64,000 bases of DNA, taken from Auanema rhodensis (Eukaryota > Animalia > Nematoda). Numbering within the stretch: position 1 is the stretch's first letter; every line of letters begins with the position of its first letter. The translations under genes and the position numbers were made by a program. Positions 13,001-26,939 of this stretch are shown here, piece after piece. The DNA lies in the NCBI GenBank assembly GCA_964057225.1, contig OZ059895.1, positions 1 to 64,000 of the forward strand. The letters are read 5' to 3'. The notes beneath the pieces are model-generated. The model saw only the letters and a program-made list of their open reading frames with translations. It did not search any database and was not told where the DNA came from.

Positions 13001-16000
13001 GAGTTACATACCAAGTGCACATCACGTGTACATTTAATTAGCATAAATTAAAGTTCACGTAAATTTCAAAGTCATGGTTAACATGAAGCAATATCAATAA
13101 AAATTTGTTTTTAGACTAATATGGACATGGGGAATCTAATTTTGAAAACCGCATCTCTTTATCTTTCACGTGAAGCGAGTTACATACCAAGTGCACATCA
13201 CGTGTACATTTAATTAGCATAAATTAAAGTTCACGTAAAATTCAAAGTCATGGTTACCATGCACCAATATCAATAAAAATTTGTTTTTAGACTAATATGG
13301 ACATGGGGAATCTAATTTTGAAAACCGCATCTCTTTATCTTTCACGTGAAGCAAGTTACATACCAAGTGCACATCACGTGTACATTTAATTAGCATAAAT
13401 TAAAGTTCACGTAAATTTCAAAGTCATGGTTACCATGCACCAATATCAATAAAAATTTGTTTTTAGACTAATATGGACATGGGAATCTAATTTTGAAAAC
13501 CGCATCTCTTTATCTTTCACGTGAAGCGAGTTACATACCAAGTGCACATCACGTGTACATTTAATTAGCATAAATTAAAGTTCACGTAAATTTCAAAGTC
13601 ATGGTTACCATGCACCAATATCAATAAAAATTTGTTTTTAGACTAATATGGACATGGGGAATCTAATTTTGAAAACCGCATCTCTTTATCTTTCACGTGA
13701 AGCGAGTTACATACCAAGTGCACATCACGTGTACATTTAATTAGCATAAATTAAAGTTCACGTAAATTTCAAAGTCATGGTTACCATGAAGCAATATCAA
13801 TAAAAATTTGTTTTTAGACTAATATGGACATCATGGGAATCTAATTTTGAAAACTGCATCTCTTTATCTTTCACGTGAAGCGAGTTACATACCAAGTGCA
13901 CATCACGTGTACATTTAATTAGCATAAATTAAAGTTCACGTAAATTTCAAAGTCATGGTTACCATGAACCAATATCAATAAAAATTTGTTTTTAGACTAA
14001 TATGGACATGGGGAATCTAATTTGAAAACCGCATCTCTTTATCTTTCACGTGAAGCGAGTTACATACCAAGTGCACATCACGTGTACATTTAATTAGCAT
14101 AAATTAAAGTTCACGTAAATTTCAAAGTCATGGTTACCATGAAGCAATATCAATAAAAATTTGTTTTTAGACTAATATGGACATGGGGAATCTAATTTTG
14201 AAAACCGCATCTCTTTATCTTTCACGTGAAGCGAGTTACATACCAAGTGCACATCACGTGTACATTTAATTAGCATAAATTAAAGTTCACGTAAATTTCA
14301 AAGTCATGGTTACCATGCAGCCAATATCAATAAAAATTTGTTTTTAGACTAATATGGACATGGGAATCTAATTTGAAAACCGCATCTCTTTATCTTTCAC
14401 GTGAAGCGAGTTACATACCAAGTGCACATCACGTGTACATTTAATTAGCATAAATTAAAGTTCACGTAAAATTCAAAGTCATGGTTACCATGCACCAATA
14501 TCAATAAAAATTTGTTTTTAGACTAATATGGACATGGGGAATCTAATTTTGAAAACCGCATCTCTTTATCTTTCACGTGAAGCGAGTTACATACCAAGTG
14601 CACATCACGTGTACATTTAATTAGCATAAATTAAAGTTCACGTAAATTTCAAAGTCATGGTTACCATGCACCAATATCAATAAAAATTTGTTTTTAGACT
14701 AATATGGACATGGGGAATCTAATTTTGAAAACCGCATCTCTTTATCTTTCACGTGAAGCGAGTTACATACCAAGTGCACATCACGTGTACATTTAATTAG
14801 CATAAATTAAAGTTCACGTAAATTTCAAAGTCATGGTTACCATGCACCAATATCAATAAAAATTTGTTTTTAGACTAATATGGACATGGGGAATCTAATT
14901 TTGAGAACCGCATCTCTTTATCTTTCACGTGAAGCGAGTTACATACCAAGTGCACATCACGTGTACATTTAATTAGCATAAATTAAAGTTCACGTAAATT
15001 TCAAAGTCATGGTTACCATGCACCAATATCAATAAAAATTTGTTTTTAGACTAATATGGACATGGGGAATCTAATTTTGAAAACCGCATCTCTTTATCTT
15101 TCACGTGAAGCGAGTTACATACCAAGTGCACATCACGTGTACATTTAATTAGCATAAATTAAAGTTCACGTAAATTTCAAAGTCATGGTTACCATGCACC
15201 AATATCAATAAAAATTTGTTTTTAGACTAATATGGACATGGGAATCTAATTTTGAGAACCGCATCTCTTTATCTTTCACGTGAAGCGAGTTACATACCAA
15301 GTGCACATCACGTGTACATTTAATTAGCATAAATTAAAGTTCACGTAAATTTCAAAGTCATGGTTACCATGCACCAATATCCATAAAAATTTGTTTTTAG
15401 ACTAATATGGACATGGGGAATCTAATTTTGAAACCGCATCTCTTTATCTTTCACGTGAAGCGAGTTACATACCAAGTGCACATCACGTGTACATTTAATT
15501 AGCATAAATTAAAGTTCACGTAAATTTCAAAGTCATGGTTACCATGCACCAATATCAATAAAAATTTGTTTTTAGACTAATATGGACATGGGGAATCTAA
15601 TTTTGAAAACCGCATCTCTTTATCTTTCACGTGAAGCGAGTTACATACCAAGTGCACATCACGTGTACATTTAATTAGCATAAATTAAATTCACGTAAAT
15701 TTCAAAGTCATGGTTACCATGCACCAATATCAATAAAAATTTGTTTTTAGACTAATATGGACATGGGGAATCTAATTTTGAAAACCGCATCTCTTTATCT
15801 TTCACGTGAAGCGAGTTACATACCAAGTGCACATCACGTGTACATTTAATTAGCATAAATTAAAGTTCACGTAAATTTCAAAGTCATGGTTACCATGCAC
15901 CAATATCAATAAAAATTTGTTTTTAGACTAATATGGACATGGGGAATCTAATTTTGAAAACCGCATCTCTTTATCTTTCACGTGAAGCGAGTTACATACC

Positions 16001-19000
16001 AAGTGCACATCACGTGTACATTTAATTAGCATAAATTAAAGTTCACGTAAATTTCAAAGTCATGGTTACCATGAACCAATATCAATAAAAATTTGTTTTT
16101 AGACTAATATGGACATGGGGAATCTAATTTTGAGAACCGCATCTTTTATCTTTCACGTGAAGCGAGTTACATACCAAGTGCACATCACGTGTACATTTAA
16201 TTAGCATAAATTAAAGTTCACGTAAATTTCAAAGTCATGGTTACCATGCACCAATATCAATAAAAATTTGTTTTTAGACTAATATGGACATGGGGAATCT
16301 AATTTGAAAACCGCATCTCTTTATCTTTCACGTGAAGCGAGTTACATACCAAGTGCACATCACGTGTACATTTAATTAGCATAAATTAAAGTTCACGTAA
16401 ATTTCAAAGTCATGGTTACCATGCACCAATATCAATAAAAATTTGTTTTTAGACTAATATGGACATGGGGAATCTAATTTTGAAAACCGCATCTCTTTAT
16501 CTTTCACGTGAAGCGAGTTACATACCAAGTGCACATCACGTGTACATTTAATTAGCATAAATTAAAGTTCACGTAAATTTCAAAGTCATGGTTACCATGC
16601 ACCAATATCAATAAAAATTTGTTTTTAGACTAATATGGACATGGGGAATCTAATTTTGAAAACCGCATCTCTTTATCTTTCACGTGAAGCGAGTTACATA
16701 CCAAGTGCACATCACGTTTACATTTAATTAGCATAAATTAAAATTCACGTAAATTTCAAAGTCATGGTTACCATGCACCAATATCAATAAAAATTTGTTT
16801 TTAGACTAATATGGACATGGGGAATCTAATTTTGAAAACCGCATCTCTTTATCTTTCACGTGAAGCGAGTTACATACCAAGTGCACATCACGTGTACATT
16901 TAATTAGCATAAATTAAAGTTCACGTAAATTTCAAAGTCATGGTTACCATGCACCAATATCAATAAAAATTTGTTTTTAGACTAATATGGACATGGGGAA
17001 TCTAATTTTGAAAACCGCATCTCTTTATCTTTCACGTGAAGCGAGTTACATACCAAGTGCACATCACGTGTACATTTAATTAGCATAAATTAAAGTTCAC
17101 GTAAATTTCAAAGTCATGGTTACCATGAACCAATATCAATAAAAATTTGTTTTTAGACTAATATGGACATGGGGAATCTAATTTTGAGAACCGCATCTTT
17201 TTATCTTTCACGTGAAGCGAGTTACATACCAAGTGCACATCACGTGTACATTTAATTAGCATAAATTAAAGTTCACGTAAATTTCAAAGTCATGGTTACC
17301 ATGCACCAATATCAATAAAAATTTGTTTTTAGACTAATATGGACATGGGGAATCTAATTTTGAAAACCGCATCTCTTTATCTTTCACGTGAAGCGAGTTA
17401 CATACCAAGTGCACATCACGTGTACATTTAATTAGCATAAATTAAAGTTCACGTAAATTTCAAAGTCATGGTTACCATGCACCAATATCAATAAAAATTT
17501 GTTTTTAGACTAATATGGACATGGGGAATCTAATTTTGAAACCGCATCTCTTTATCTTTCACGTGAAGCGAGTTACATACCAAGTGCACATCACGTGTAC
17601 ATTTAATTAGCTTAAATTAAAGTTCACGTAAATTTCAAAGTCATGGTTACCATGCACCAATATCAATAAAAATTTGTTTTTAGACTAATATGGACATGGG
17701 GAATCTAATTTGGAAAACCGCATCTCTTTATCTTTCACGTGAAGCGAGTTACATACCAAGTGCACATCACGTGTACATTTAATTAGCATAAATTAAAGTT
17801 CACGTAAATTTCAAAGTCATGGTTACCATGCACCAATATCAATAAAAATTTGTTTTTAGACTAATATGGACATGGGGAATCTAATTTTGAAAACCGCATC
17901 TCTTTATCTTTCACGTGAAGCGAGTTACATACCAAGTGCACATCACGTGTACATTTAATTAGCATAAATTAAAGTTCACGTAAATTTCAAAGTCATGGTT
18001 ACCATGAAGCAATATCAATAAAAATTTGTTTTTAGACTAATATGGACATGGGGAATCTAATTTTGAAAACCGCATCTCTTTATCTTTCACGTGAAGCGAG
18101 TTACATACCAAGTGCACATCACGTGTACATTTAATTAGCATAAATTAAAGTTCACGTAAATTCAAAGTCATGGTTACCATGCACCAATATCAATAAAAAT
18201 TTGTTTTTAGACTAATATGGACATGGGGAATCTAATTTTGAAAACCGCATCTCTTTATCTTTCACGTGAAGCGAGTTACATACCAAGTGCACATCACGTG
18301 TACATTTAATTAGCATAAATTAAAGTTCACGTAAATTTCAAAGTCATGGTTACCATGCACCAATATCAATAAAAATTTGTTTTTAGACTAATATGGACAT
18401 GGGGAATCTAATTTTGAAAACCGCATCTCTTTATCTTTCACGTGAAGCGAGTTACATACCAAGTGCACATCACGTGTACATTTAATTAGCTTAAATTAAA
18501 GTTCACGTAAATTTCAAAGTCATGGTTACCATGCACCAATATCAATAAAAATTTGTTTTTAGACTAATATGGACATGGGAAATCTAATTTGAAAACCGCA
18601 TCTCTTTATCTTTCACGTGAAGCGAGTTACATACCAAGTGCACATCACGTGTACATTTAATTAGCATAAATTAAAGTTCACGTAAATTTCAAAGTCATGG
18701 TTACCATGCACCAATATCAATAAAAATTTGTTTTTAGACTAATATGGACATGGGGAATCTAATTTTGAAAACCGCATCTCTTTATCTTTCACGTGAAGCG
18801 AGTTACATACCAAGTGCACATCACGTGTACATTTAATTAGCATAAATTAAAGTTCACGTAAATTTCAAAGTCATGGTTAACATGAAGCAATATCAATAAA
18901 AATTTGTTTTTAGACTAATATAGACATGGGGAATCTAATTTTGAAAACCGCATCTCTTTATCTTTCACGTGAAGCGAGTTACATACCAAGTGCACATCAC

Positions 19001-22000
19001 GTGTACATTTAATTAGCATAAATTAAAGTTCACGTAAATTCAAAGTCATGGTTACCATGCACCAATATCAATAAAAATTTGTTTTTAGACTAATATGGAC
19101 ATGGGAATCTAATTTTGAAAACCGCATCTCTTTATCTTTCACGTGAAGCAAGTTACATACCAAGTGCACATCACGTGTACATTTAATTAGCATAAATTAA
19201 AGTTCACGTAAATTTCAAAGTCATGGTTACCATGCACCAATATCAATAAAAATTTGTTTTTAGACTAATATGGACATGGGGAATCTAATTTTGAAAACCG
19301 CATCTCTTTATCTTTCACGTGAAGCGAGTTACATACCAAGTGCACATCACGTGTACATTTAATTAGCATAAATTAAAGTTCACGTAAATTTCAAAGTCAT
19401 GGTTACCATGCACCAATATCAATAAAAATTTGTTTTTAGACTAATATGGACATGGGGAATCTAATTTTGAAAACCGCATCTCTTTATCTTTCACGTGAAG
19501 CGAGTTACATACCAAGTGCACATCACGTGTACATTTAATTAGCATAAATTAAAGTTCACGTAAATTTCAAAGTCATGGTTACCATGAAGCAATATCAATA
19601 AAAATTTGTTTTTAGACTAATATGGACATGGGGAATCTAATTTTGAAAACCGCATCTCTTTATCTTTCACGTGAAGCGAGTTACATACCAAGTGCACATC
19701 ACGTGTACATTTAATTAGCATAAATTAAAGTTCACGTAAATTTCAAAGTCATGGTTACCATGAAGCAATATCAATAAAAATTTGTTTTTAGACTAATATG
19801 GACATGGGAATCTAATTTTGAAAACCGCATCTCTTTATCTTTCACGTGAAGCGAGTTACATACCAAGTGCACATCACGTGTACATTTAATTAGCATAAAT
19901 TAAAGTTCACGTAAATTTCAAAGTCATGGTTACCATGAAGCAATATCAATAAAAATTTGTTTTTAGACTAATATGGACATGGGAATCTAATTTTGAAAAC
20001 CGCATCTCTTTATCTTTCACGTGAAGCGAGTTACATACCAAGTGCACATCACGTGTACATTTAATTAGCATAAATTAAAGTTCACGTAAATTTCAAAGTC
20101 ATGGTTACCATGCACCAATATCAATAAAAATTTGTTTTTAGACTAATATGGACATGGGGAATCTAATTTTGAAAACCGCATCTCTTTATCTTTCACGTGA
20201 AGCGAGTTACATACCAAGTGCACATCACGTGTACATTTAATTAGCATAAATTAAAGTTCACGTAAATTTCAAAGTCATGGTTACCATGCACCAATATCAA
20301 TAAAAATTTGTTTTTAGACTAATATGGACATGGGGAATCTAATTTTGAAAACCGCATCTCTTTATCTTTCACGTGAAGCGAGTTACATACCAAGTGCACA
20401 TCACGTGTACATTTAATTAGCATAAATTAAAGTTCACGTAAATTTCAAAGTCATGGTTACCATGCACCAATATCAATAAAAATTTGTTTTTAGACTAATA
20501 TGGACATGGGGAATCTAATTTTGAAAACCGCATCTCTTTATCTTTCACGTGAAGCGAGTTCATACCAAGTGCACATCACGTGTACATTTAATTAGCATAA
20601 ATTAAAGTTCACGTAAATTTCAAAGTCATGGTTACCATGAAGCAATATCAATAAAAATTTGTTTTTAGACTAATATGGACATGGGGAATCTAATTTTGAA
20701 AACCGCATCTCTTTATCTTTCACGTGAAGCGAGTTACATACCAAGTGCACATCACGTGTACATTTAATTAGCATAAATTAAAGTTCACGTAAATTTCAAA
20801 GTCATGGTTACCATGAACCAATATCAATAAAAATTTGTTTTTAGACTAATATGGACATGGGGAATCTAATTTTGAAAACCGCATCTCTTTATCTTTCACG
20901 TGAAGCGAGTTACATACCAAGTGCACATCACGTGTACATTTAATTAGCATAAATTAAAGTTCACGTAAATTTCAAAGTCATGGTTACCATGAAGCAATAT
21001 CAATAAAAATTTGTTTTTAGACTAATATGGACATGGGGAATCTAATTTTGAAAACCGCATCTCTTTATCTTTCACGTGAAGCGAGTTACATACCAAGTGC
21101 ACATCACGTGTACATTTAATTAGCATAAATTAAAGTTCACGTAAATTTCAAAGTCATGGTAACCATGAACCAATATCAATAAAAATTTGTTTTTAGACTA
21201 ATATGGACATGGGGAATCTAATTTTGAAAACCGCATCTCTTTATCTTTCACGTGAAGCGAGTTACATACCAAGTGCACATCACGTGTACATTTAATTAGC
21301 ATAAATTAAAGTTCACGTAAATTTCAAAGTCATGGTTACCATGAAGCAATATCAATAAAAATTTGTTTTTAGACTAATATGGACATGGGGAATCTAATTT
21401 TGAAAACCGCATCTCTTTATCTTTCACGTGAAGCGAGTTACATACCAAGTGCACATCACGTGTACATTTAATTAGCATAAATTAAAGTTCACGTAAAATT
21501 CAAAGTCATGGTTACCATGAAGCAATATCAATAAAAATTTGTTTTTAGACTAATATGGACATGGGGAATCTAATTTTGAAAACCGCATCTCTTTATCTTT
21601 CACGTGAAGCGAGTTACATACCAAGTGCACATCACGTGTACATTTAATTAGCATAAATTAAAGTTCACGTAAATTTCAAAGTCATGGTTACCATGAACCA
21701 ATATCAATAAAAATTTGTTTTTAGACTAATATGGACATGGGGAATCTAATTTTGAAAACCGCATCTCTTTATCTTTCACGTGAAGCGAGTTACATACCAA
21801 GTGCACATCACGTGTACATTTAATTAGCATAAATTAAAGTTCACGTAAATTTCAAAGTCATGGTTACCATGCACCAATATCAATAAAAATTTGTTTTTAG
21901 ACTAATATGGACATGGGGAATCTAATTTTGAAAACCGCATCTCTTTATCTTTCACGTGAAGCGAGTTACATACCAAGTGCACATCACGTGTACATTTAAT

Positions 22001-25000
22001 TAGCATAAATTAAAGTTCACGTAAAATTCAAAGTCATGGTTACCATGCACCAATATCAATAAAAATTTGTTTTTAGACTAATATGGACATGGGGAATCTG
22101 ATTTTGAAAACCGCATCTCTTTATCTTTCACGTGAAGCGAGTTACATACCAAGTGCACATCACGTGTACATTTAATTAGCATAAATTAAAGTTCACGTAA
22201 ATTTCAAAGTCATGGTTACCATGAAGCAATATCAATAAAAATTTGTTCTTAGACTAATATGGACATGGGGAATCTAATTTTGAAAACCGCATCTCTTTAT
22301 CTTTCACGTGAAGCGAGTTACATACCAAGTGCACATCACGTGTACATTTAATTAGCATAAATTAAAGTTCACGTAAATTTCAAAGTCATGGTTACCATGA
22401 ACCAATATCAATAAAAATTTGTTTTTAGACTAATATGGACATGGGGAATCTAATTTTGAAAACCGCATCTCTTTATCTTTCACGTGAAGCGAGTTACATA
22501 CCAAGTGCACATCACGTGTACATTTAATTAGCATAAATTAAAGTTCACGTAAAATTCAAAGTCATGGTTACCATGAAGCAATATCAATAAAAATTTGTTT
22601 TTAGACTAATATGGACATGGGGAATCCAATTTTGAAAACCGCATCTCTTTATCTTTCACGTGAAGCGAGTTACATACCAAGGGCACATCACGTGTACATT
22701 TAATTAGCATAAATTAAAGTTCACGTAAATTTCAAAGTCATGGTTACCATGAACCAATATCAATAAAAATTTGTTTTTAGACTAATATGGACATGGGGAA
22801 TCTAATTTTGAAAACCGCATCTCTTTATCTTTCACGTGAAGCAAGTTACATACCAAGTGCACATCACGTGTACATTTAGTTAGCATAAATTAAAGTTCAC
22901 GTAAAATTCAAAGTCATGGTTACCATGCACCAATATCAATAAAAATTTGTTTTTAGACTAATATGGACATGGGGAATCTAATTGTGAAAACCGCATCTCT
23001 TTATCTTTCACGTGAAGCGAGTTACATACCAAGTGCACATCACGTGTACATTTAATTAGCATAAATTAAAGTTCACGTAAATTTCAAAGTCATGGTTACC
23101 ATGAACCAATATCAATAAAAATTTGTTTTTAGACTAATATGGACATGGGGAATCTAATTTTGAAAACCGCATCTCTTTATCTTTCACGTGAAGCGAGTTA
23201 CATACCAAGTGCACATCACGTGTACATTTAATTAGCATAAATTAAAGTTCACGTAAATTTCAAAGTCATTGTTACCATGCACCAATATCAATAAAAATTT
23301 GTTTTTAGACTAATATGGACATGGGGAATCTGATTTTGAAAACCGCATCTCTTTATCTTTCACGTGAAGCGAGTTACATACCAAGTGCACATCACGTGTA
23401 CATTTAATTAGCATAAGTTAAAGTTCACGTAAATTTCAAAGTCATGGTTACCATGAAGCAATATCAATAAAAATTTGTTTTTAGACTAATATGGACATGG
23501 GGAATCTAATTTTGGAAACCGCATCTCTTTATCTTTCACGTGAAGCGAGTTACATACCAAGTGCACATCACGTGTACATTTAATTAGCATAAATTAAAGT
23601 TCACGTAAATTTCAAAGTCATGGTTACCATGAACCAATATCAATAAAAATTTGTTTTTAGACTAATATGGACATGGGGAATCTAATTTTGAAAACCGCAT
23701 CTCTTTATCTTTCACGTGAAGCGAGTTACATACCAAGTGCACATCACGTGTACATTTAATTAGCATAAATTAAAGTTCACGTAAATTTCAAAGTCATGGT
23801 TACCATGCACCAATATCAATAAAAATTTGTTTTTAGACTAATATGGACATGGGGAATCTAATTTTGAAAACCGCATCTCTTTATCTTTCACGTGAAGCGA
23901 GTTACATACCAAGTGCACATCACGTGTACATTTAATTAGCATAAATTAAAGTTCACGTAAAATTCAAAGTCATGGTTACCATGCACCAATATCAATAAAA
24001 ATTTGTTTTTAGACTAATATGGACATGGGGAATCTGATTTTGAAAACCGCATCTCTTTATCTTTCACGTGAAGCGAGTTACATACCAAGTGCACATCACG
24101 TGTACATTTAATTAGCATAAATTAAAGTTCACGTAAATTTCAAAGTCATGGTTACCATGAACCAATATCAATAAAAATTTGTTTTTAGACTAATATGGAC
24201 ATGGGGAATCTAATTTTGAAAACCGCATCTCTTTATCTTTCACGTGAAGCGAGTTACATACCAAGTGCACATCACGTGTACATTTAATTAGCATAAATTA
24301 AAGTTCACGTAAAATTCAAAGTCATGGTTACCATGCACCAATATCAATAAAAATTTGTTTTTAGACTAATATGGACATGGGGAATCTAATTGTGAAAACC
24401 GCATCTCTTTATCTTTCACGTGAAGCGAGTTACATACCAAGTGCACATCACGTGTACATTTAATTAGCATAAATTAAAGTTCACGTAAATTTCAAAGTCA
24501 TGGTTACCATGAACCAATATCAATAAAAATTTGTTTTTAGACTAATATGGACATGGGGAATCTAATTTTGAAAACCGCATCTCTTTATCTTTCACGTGAA
24601 GCGAGTTACATACCAAGTGCACATCACGTGTACATTTAATTAGCATAAATGAAAGTTCACGTAAATTTCAAAGTCATGGTTACCATGCACCAATATCAAT
24701 AAAAATTTGTTTTTAGACTAATATGGACATGGGGAATCTAATTTTGAAAACCGCATCTCTTTATCTTTCACGTGAAGCGAGTTACATACCAAGTGCACAT
24801 CACGTGTACATTTAATTAGCATAAATTAAAGTTCACGTAAATTTCAAAGTCATGGTTACCATGCACCAATATCAATAAAAATTTGTTTTTAGACTAATAT
24901 GGACATGGGGAATCTAATTTTGAAAACCGCATCTCTTTATCTTTCACGTGAAGCGAGTTACATACCAAGTGCACATCACGTGTACATTTAATTAGCATAA

Positions 25001-25300
25001 ATTAAAGTTCACGTAAATTTCAAAGTCATGGTTACCATGCACCAATATCAATAAAAATTTGTTTTTAGACTAATATGGACATGGGGAATCTGATTTTGAA
25101 AACCGCATCTCTTTATCTTTCACGTGAAGCGAGTTACATACCAAGTGCACATCACGTGTACATTTAATTAGCATAAATTAAAGTTCACGTAAATTTCAAA
25201 GTCATGGTTACCATGCACCAATATCAATAAAAATTTGTTTTTAGACTAATATGGACATGGGGAATCTAATTTTGAAAACCGCATCTCTTTATCTTTCACG
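10016..25300. repeat. Array domain B: monomers with ATGAAGC/ATGAACC, GTAAAATTC, TAGCTTAA, TCTGATT and TTGTGAAAA variants
   Basis: These substitutions recur, e.g. GAAGC near 12030, 14141, 19566, 20991, 23455; CTGATT near 22098, 23330, 24034, 25090. No 197-bp monomers occur here. Confidence 0.8.
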
Positions 25301-26356
25301 TGAAGCGAGTTACATACCAAGTGCACATCACGTGTACATTTAATTAGCATAAATTAAAGTTCACGTAAATTTCAAAGTCATGGTTACCATGAAGCAATAT
25401 CAATAAAAATTGGTTTTTAGACTAATATGGACATGGGGAATCTAATTTTGAAAATCGCATCTCTTTATCTTTCACGTGAAGCGAGTTACATACCAAGTGC
25501 ACATCACGTGTACATTTAATTAGCATAAATTAAAGTTCACGTAAATTTCAAAGTCATGGTTACCATGCACCAATATCAATAAAAATTGGTTTTTAGACTA
25601 ATATGGACATGGGGAATCTAATTTTGAAAATCGCATCTCTTTATCTTTCACGTGAAGCGAGTTACATACCAAGTGCACATCACGTGTACATTTAATTAGC
25701 ATAAATTAAAGTTCACGTAAATTCCAAAGTCATGGTTACCATGAACCAATATCAATAAAAATTTGTTTTCAGACTAATATGGACATGGGGAATCTAATTT
25801 TGAAAACCGCATCTCTTTATCTTTCACGTGAAGCGAGTTACATACCAAGTGCACATCACGTGTACATTTAATTAGCATAAATTAAAGTTCACGTAAATTT
25901 CAAAGTCATGGTTACCATGAACCAATATCAATAAAAATTTGTTTTTATACTAATATGGACATGGGGAATCTAATTTTGAAAACCGCATCTCTTTATCTTT
26001 CACGTGAAGCGAGTTGCATACCAAGTGCACATCACGTGTACATTTAATTAGCATAAATTAAAGTTCACGTAAATTTTAAAGTCATGGTTACCATGCACCA
26101 ATATCAATAAAAATTTGTTGTTAGACTAATATGGACATGGGGAATCTAATTTTGAAAACCGCATCTCTCTATCTTTCACGTGAAGCGAGTTACATACCAA
26201 GTGCACATCACGTGTACATTTAATTAGCATAAATTAAAGTTCACGTAAATTTCAAAGTCATGGTTACCATGCACCAATATCAATAAAAATTTGTTGTTAG
26301 ACTAATATGGACATGGGGAATCTAATTTTGAAAACCGCATCTCTTTATCTTTCACG

Positions 26357-26553
26357 TGAAGCGAGTTACATACCAAGTGCACATCACGTGTACATTTAAT
26401 TAGCATAAATTTACATTTAATTGGCATAAATTAAAGTTCACGTAAATTTCAAAGTCATGGTTACCATGAACCAATATCAATAAAAATTTGTTTTTAGACT
26501 AATATGGACATGGGGAATCTAATTTTGAAAACCGCATCTCTTTATCTTTCACG
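26357..26553 (+). repeat. First 197-bp variant monomer (tandem 21-bp duplication TACATTTAATT[A/G]GCATAAATT); about 34 such monomers between 26.4 and 64 kb
   Basis: 26391-26432 reads TACATTTAATTAGCATAAATT TACATTTAATTGGCATAAATT. Monomer starts 26357 and 26554 are 197 bp apart. Confidence 0.95.
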
Positions 26554-26939
26554 TGAAGCGAGTTACAAACCAAGTGCACATCACGTGTACATTTAATTAG
26601 CATAAATTAAAGTTCACGTAAATTTCAAAGTCATGGTTACCATGAACCAATATCAATAAAAATTTGTTTTTAGACTAATATGGACATGGGGAATCTAATT
26701 TTGAAAACCGCATCTCTTTATCTTTCACGTGAAGCGAGTTACATACCAAGTGCACATCACGTGTACATTTAATTAGCATAAATTAAAGTTCACGTAAATT
26801 TCAAAGTCATGGTTACCATGAACCAATATCAATAAAAATTTGTTTTTAGACTAATATGGACATGGGGAATCTAATTTTGGAAACCGCATCTCTTTATCTT
26901 TCACGTGAAGCGAGTTACATACCAAGTGCACATCACGTG

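Noticed and set aside
13826-13840. GGACATCATGGGAAT: apparent 3-bp CAT duplication with loss of one G
   Set aside because: It is a singleton inside the indel-rich zone, so it cannot be distinguished from a read or consensus error.
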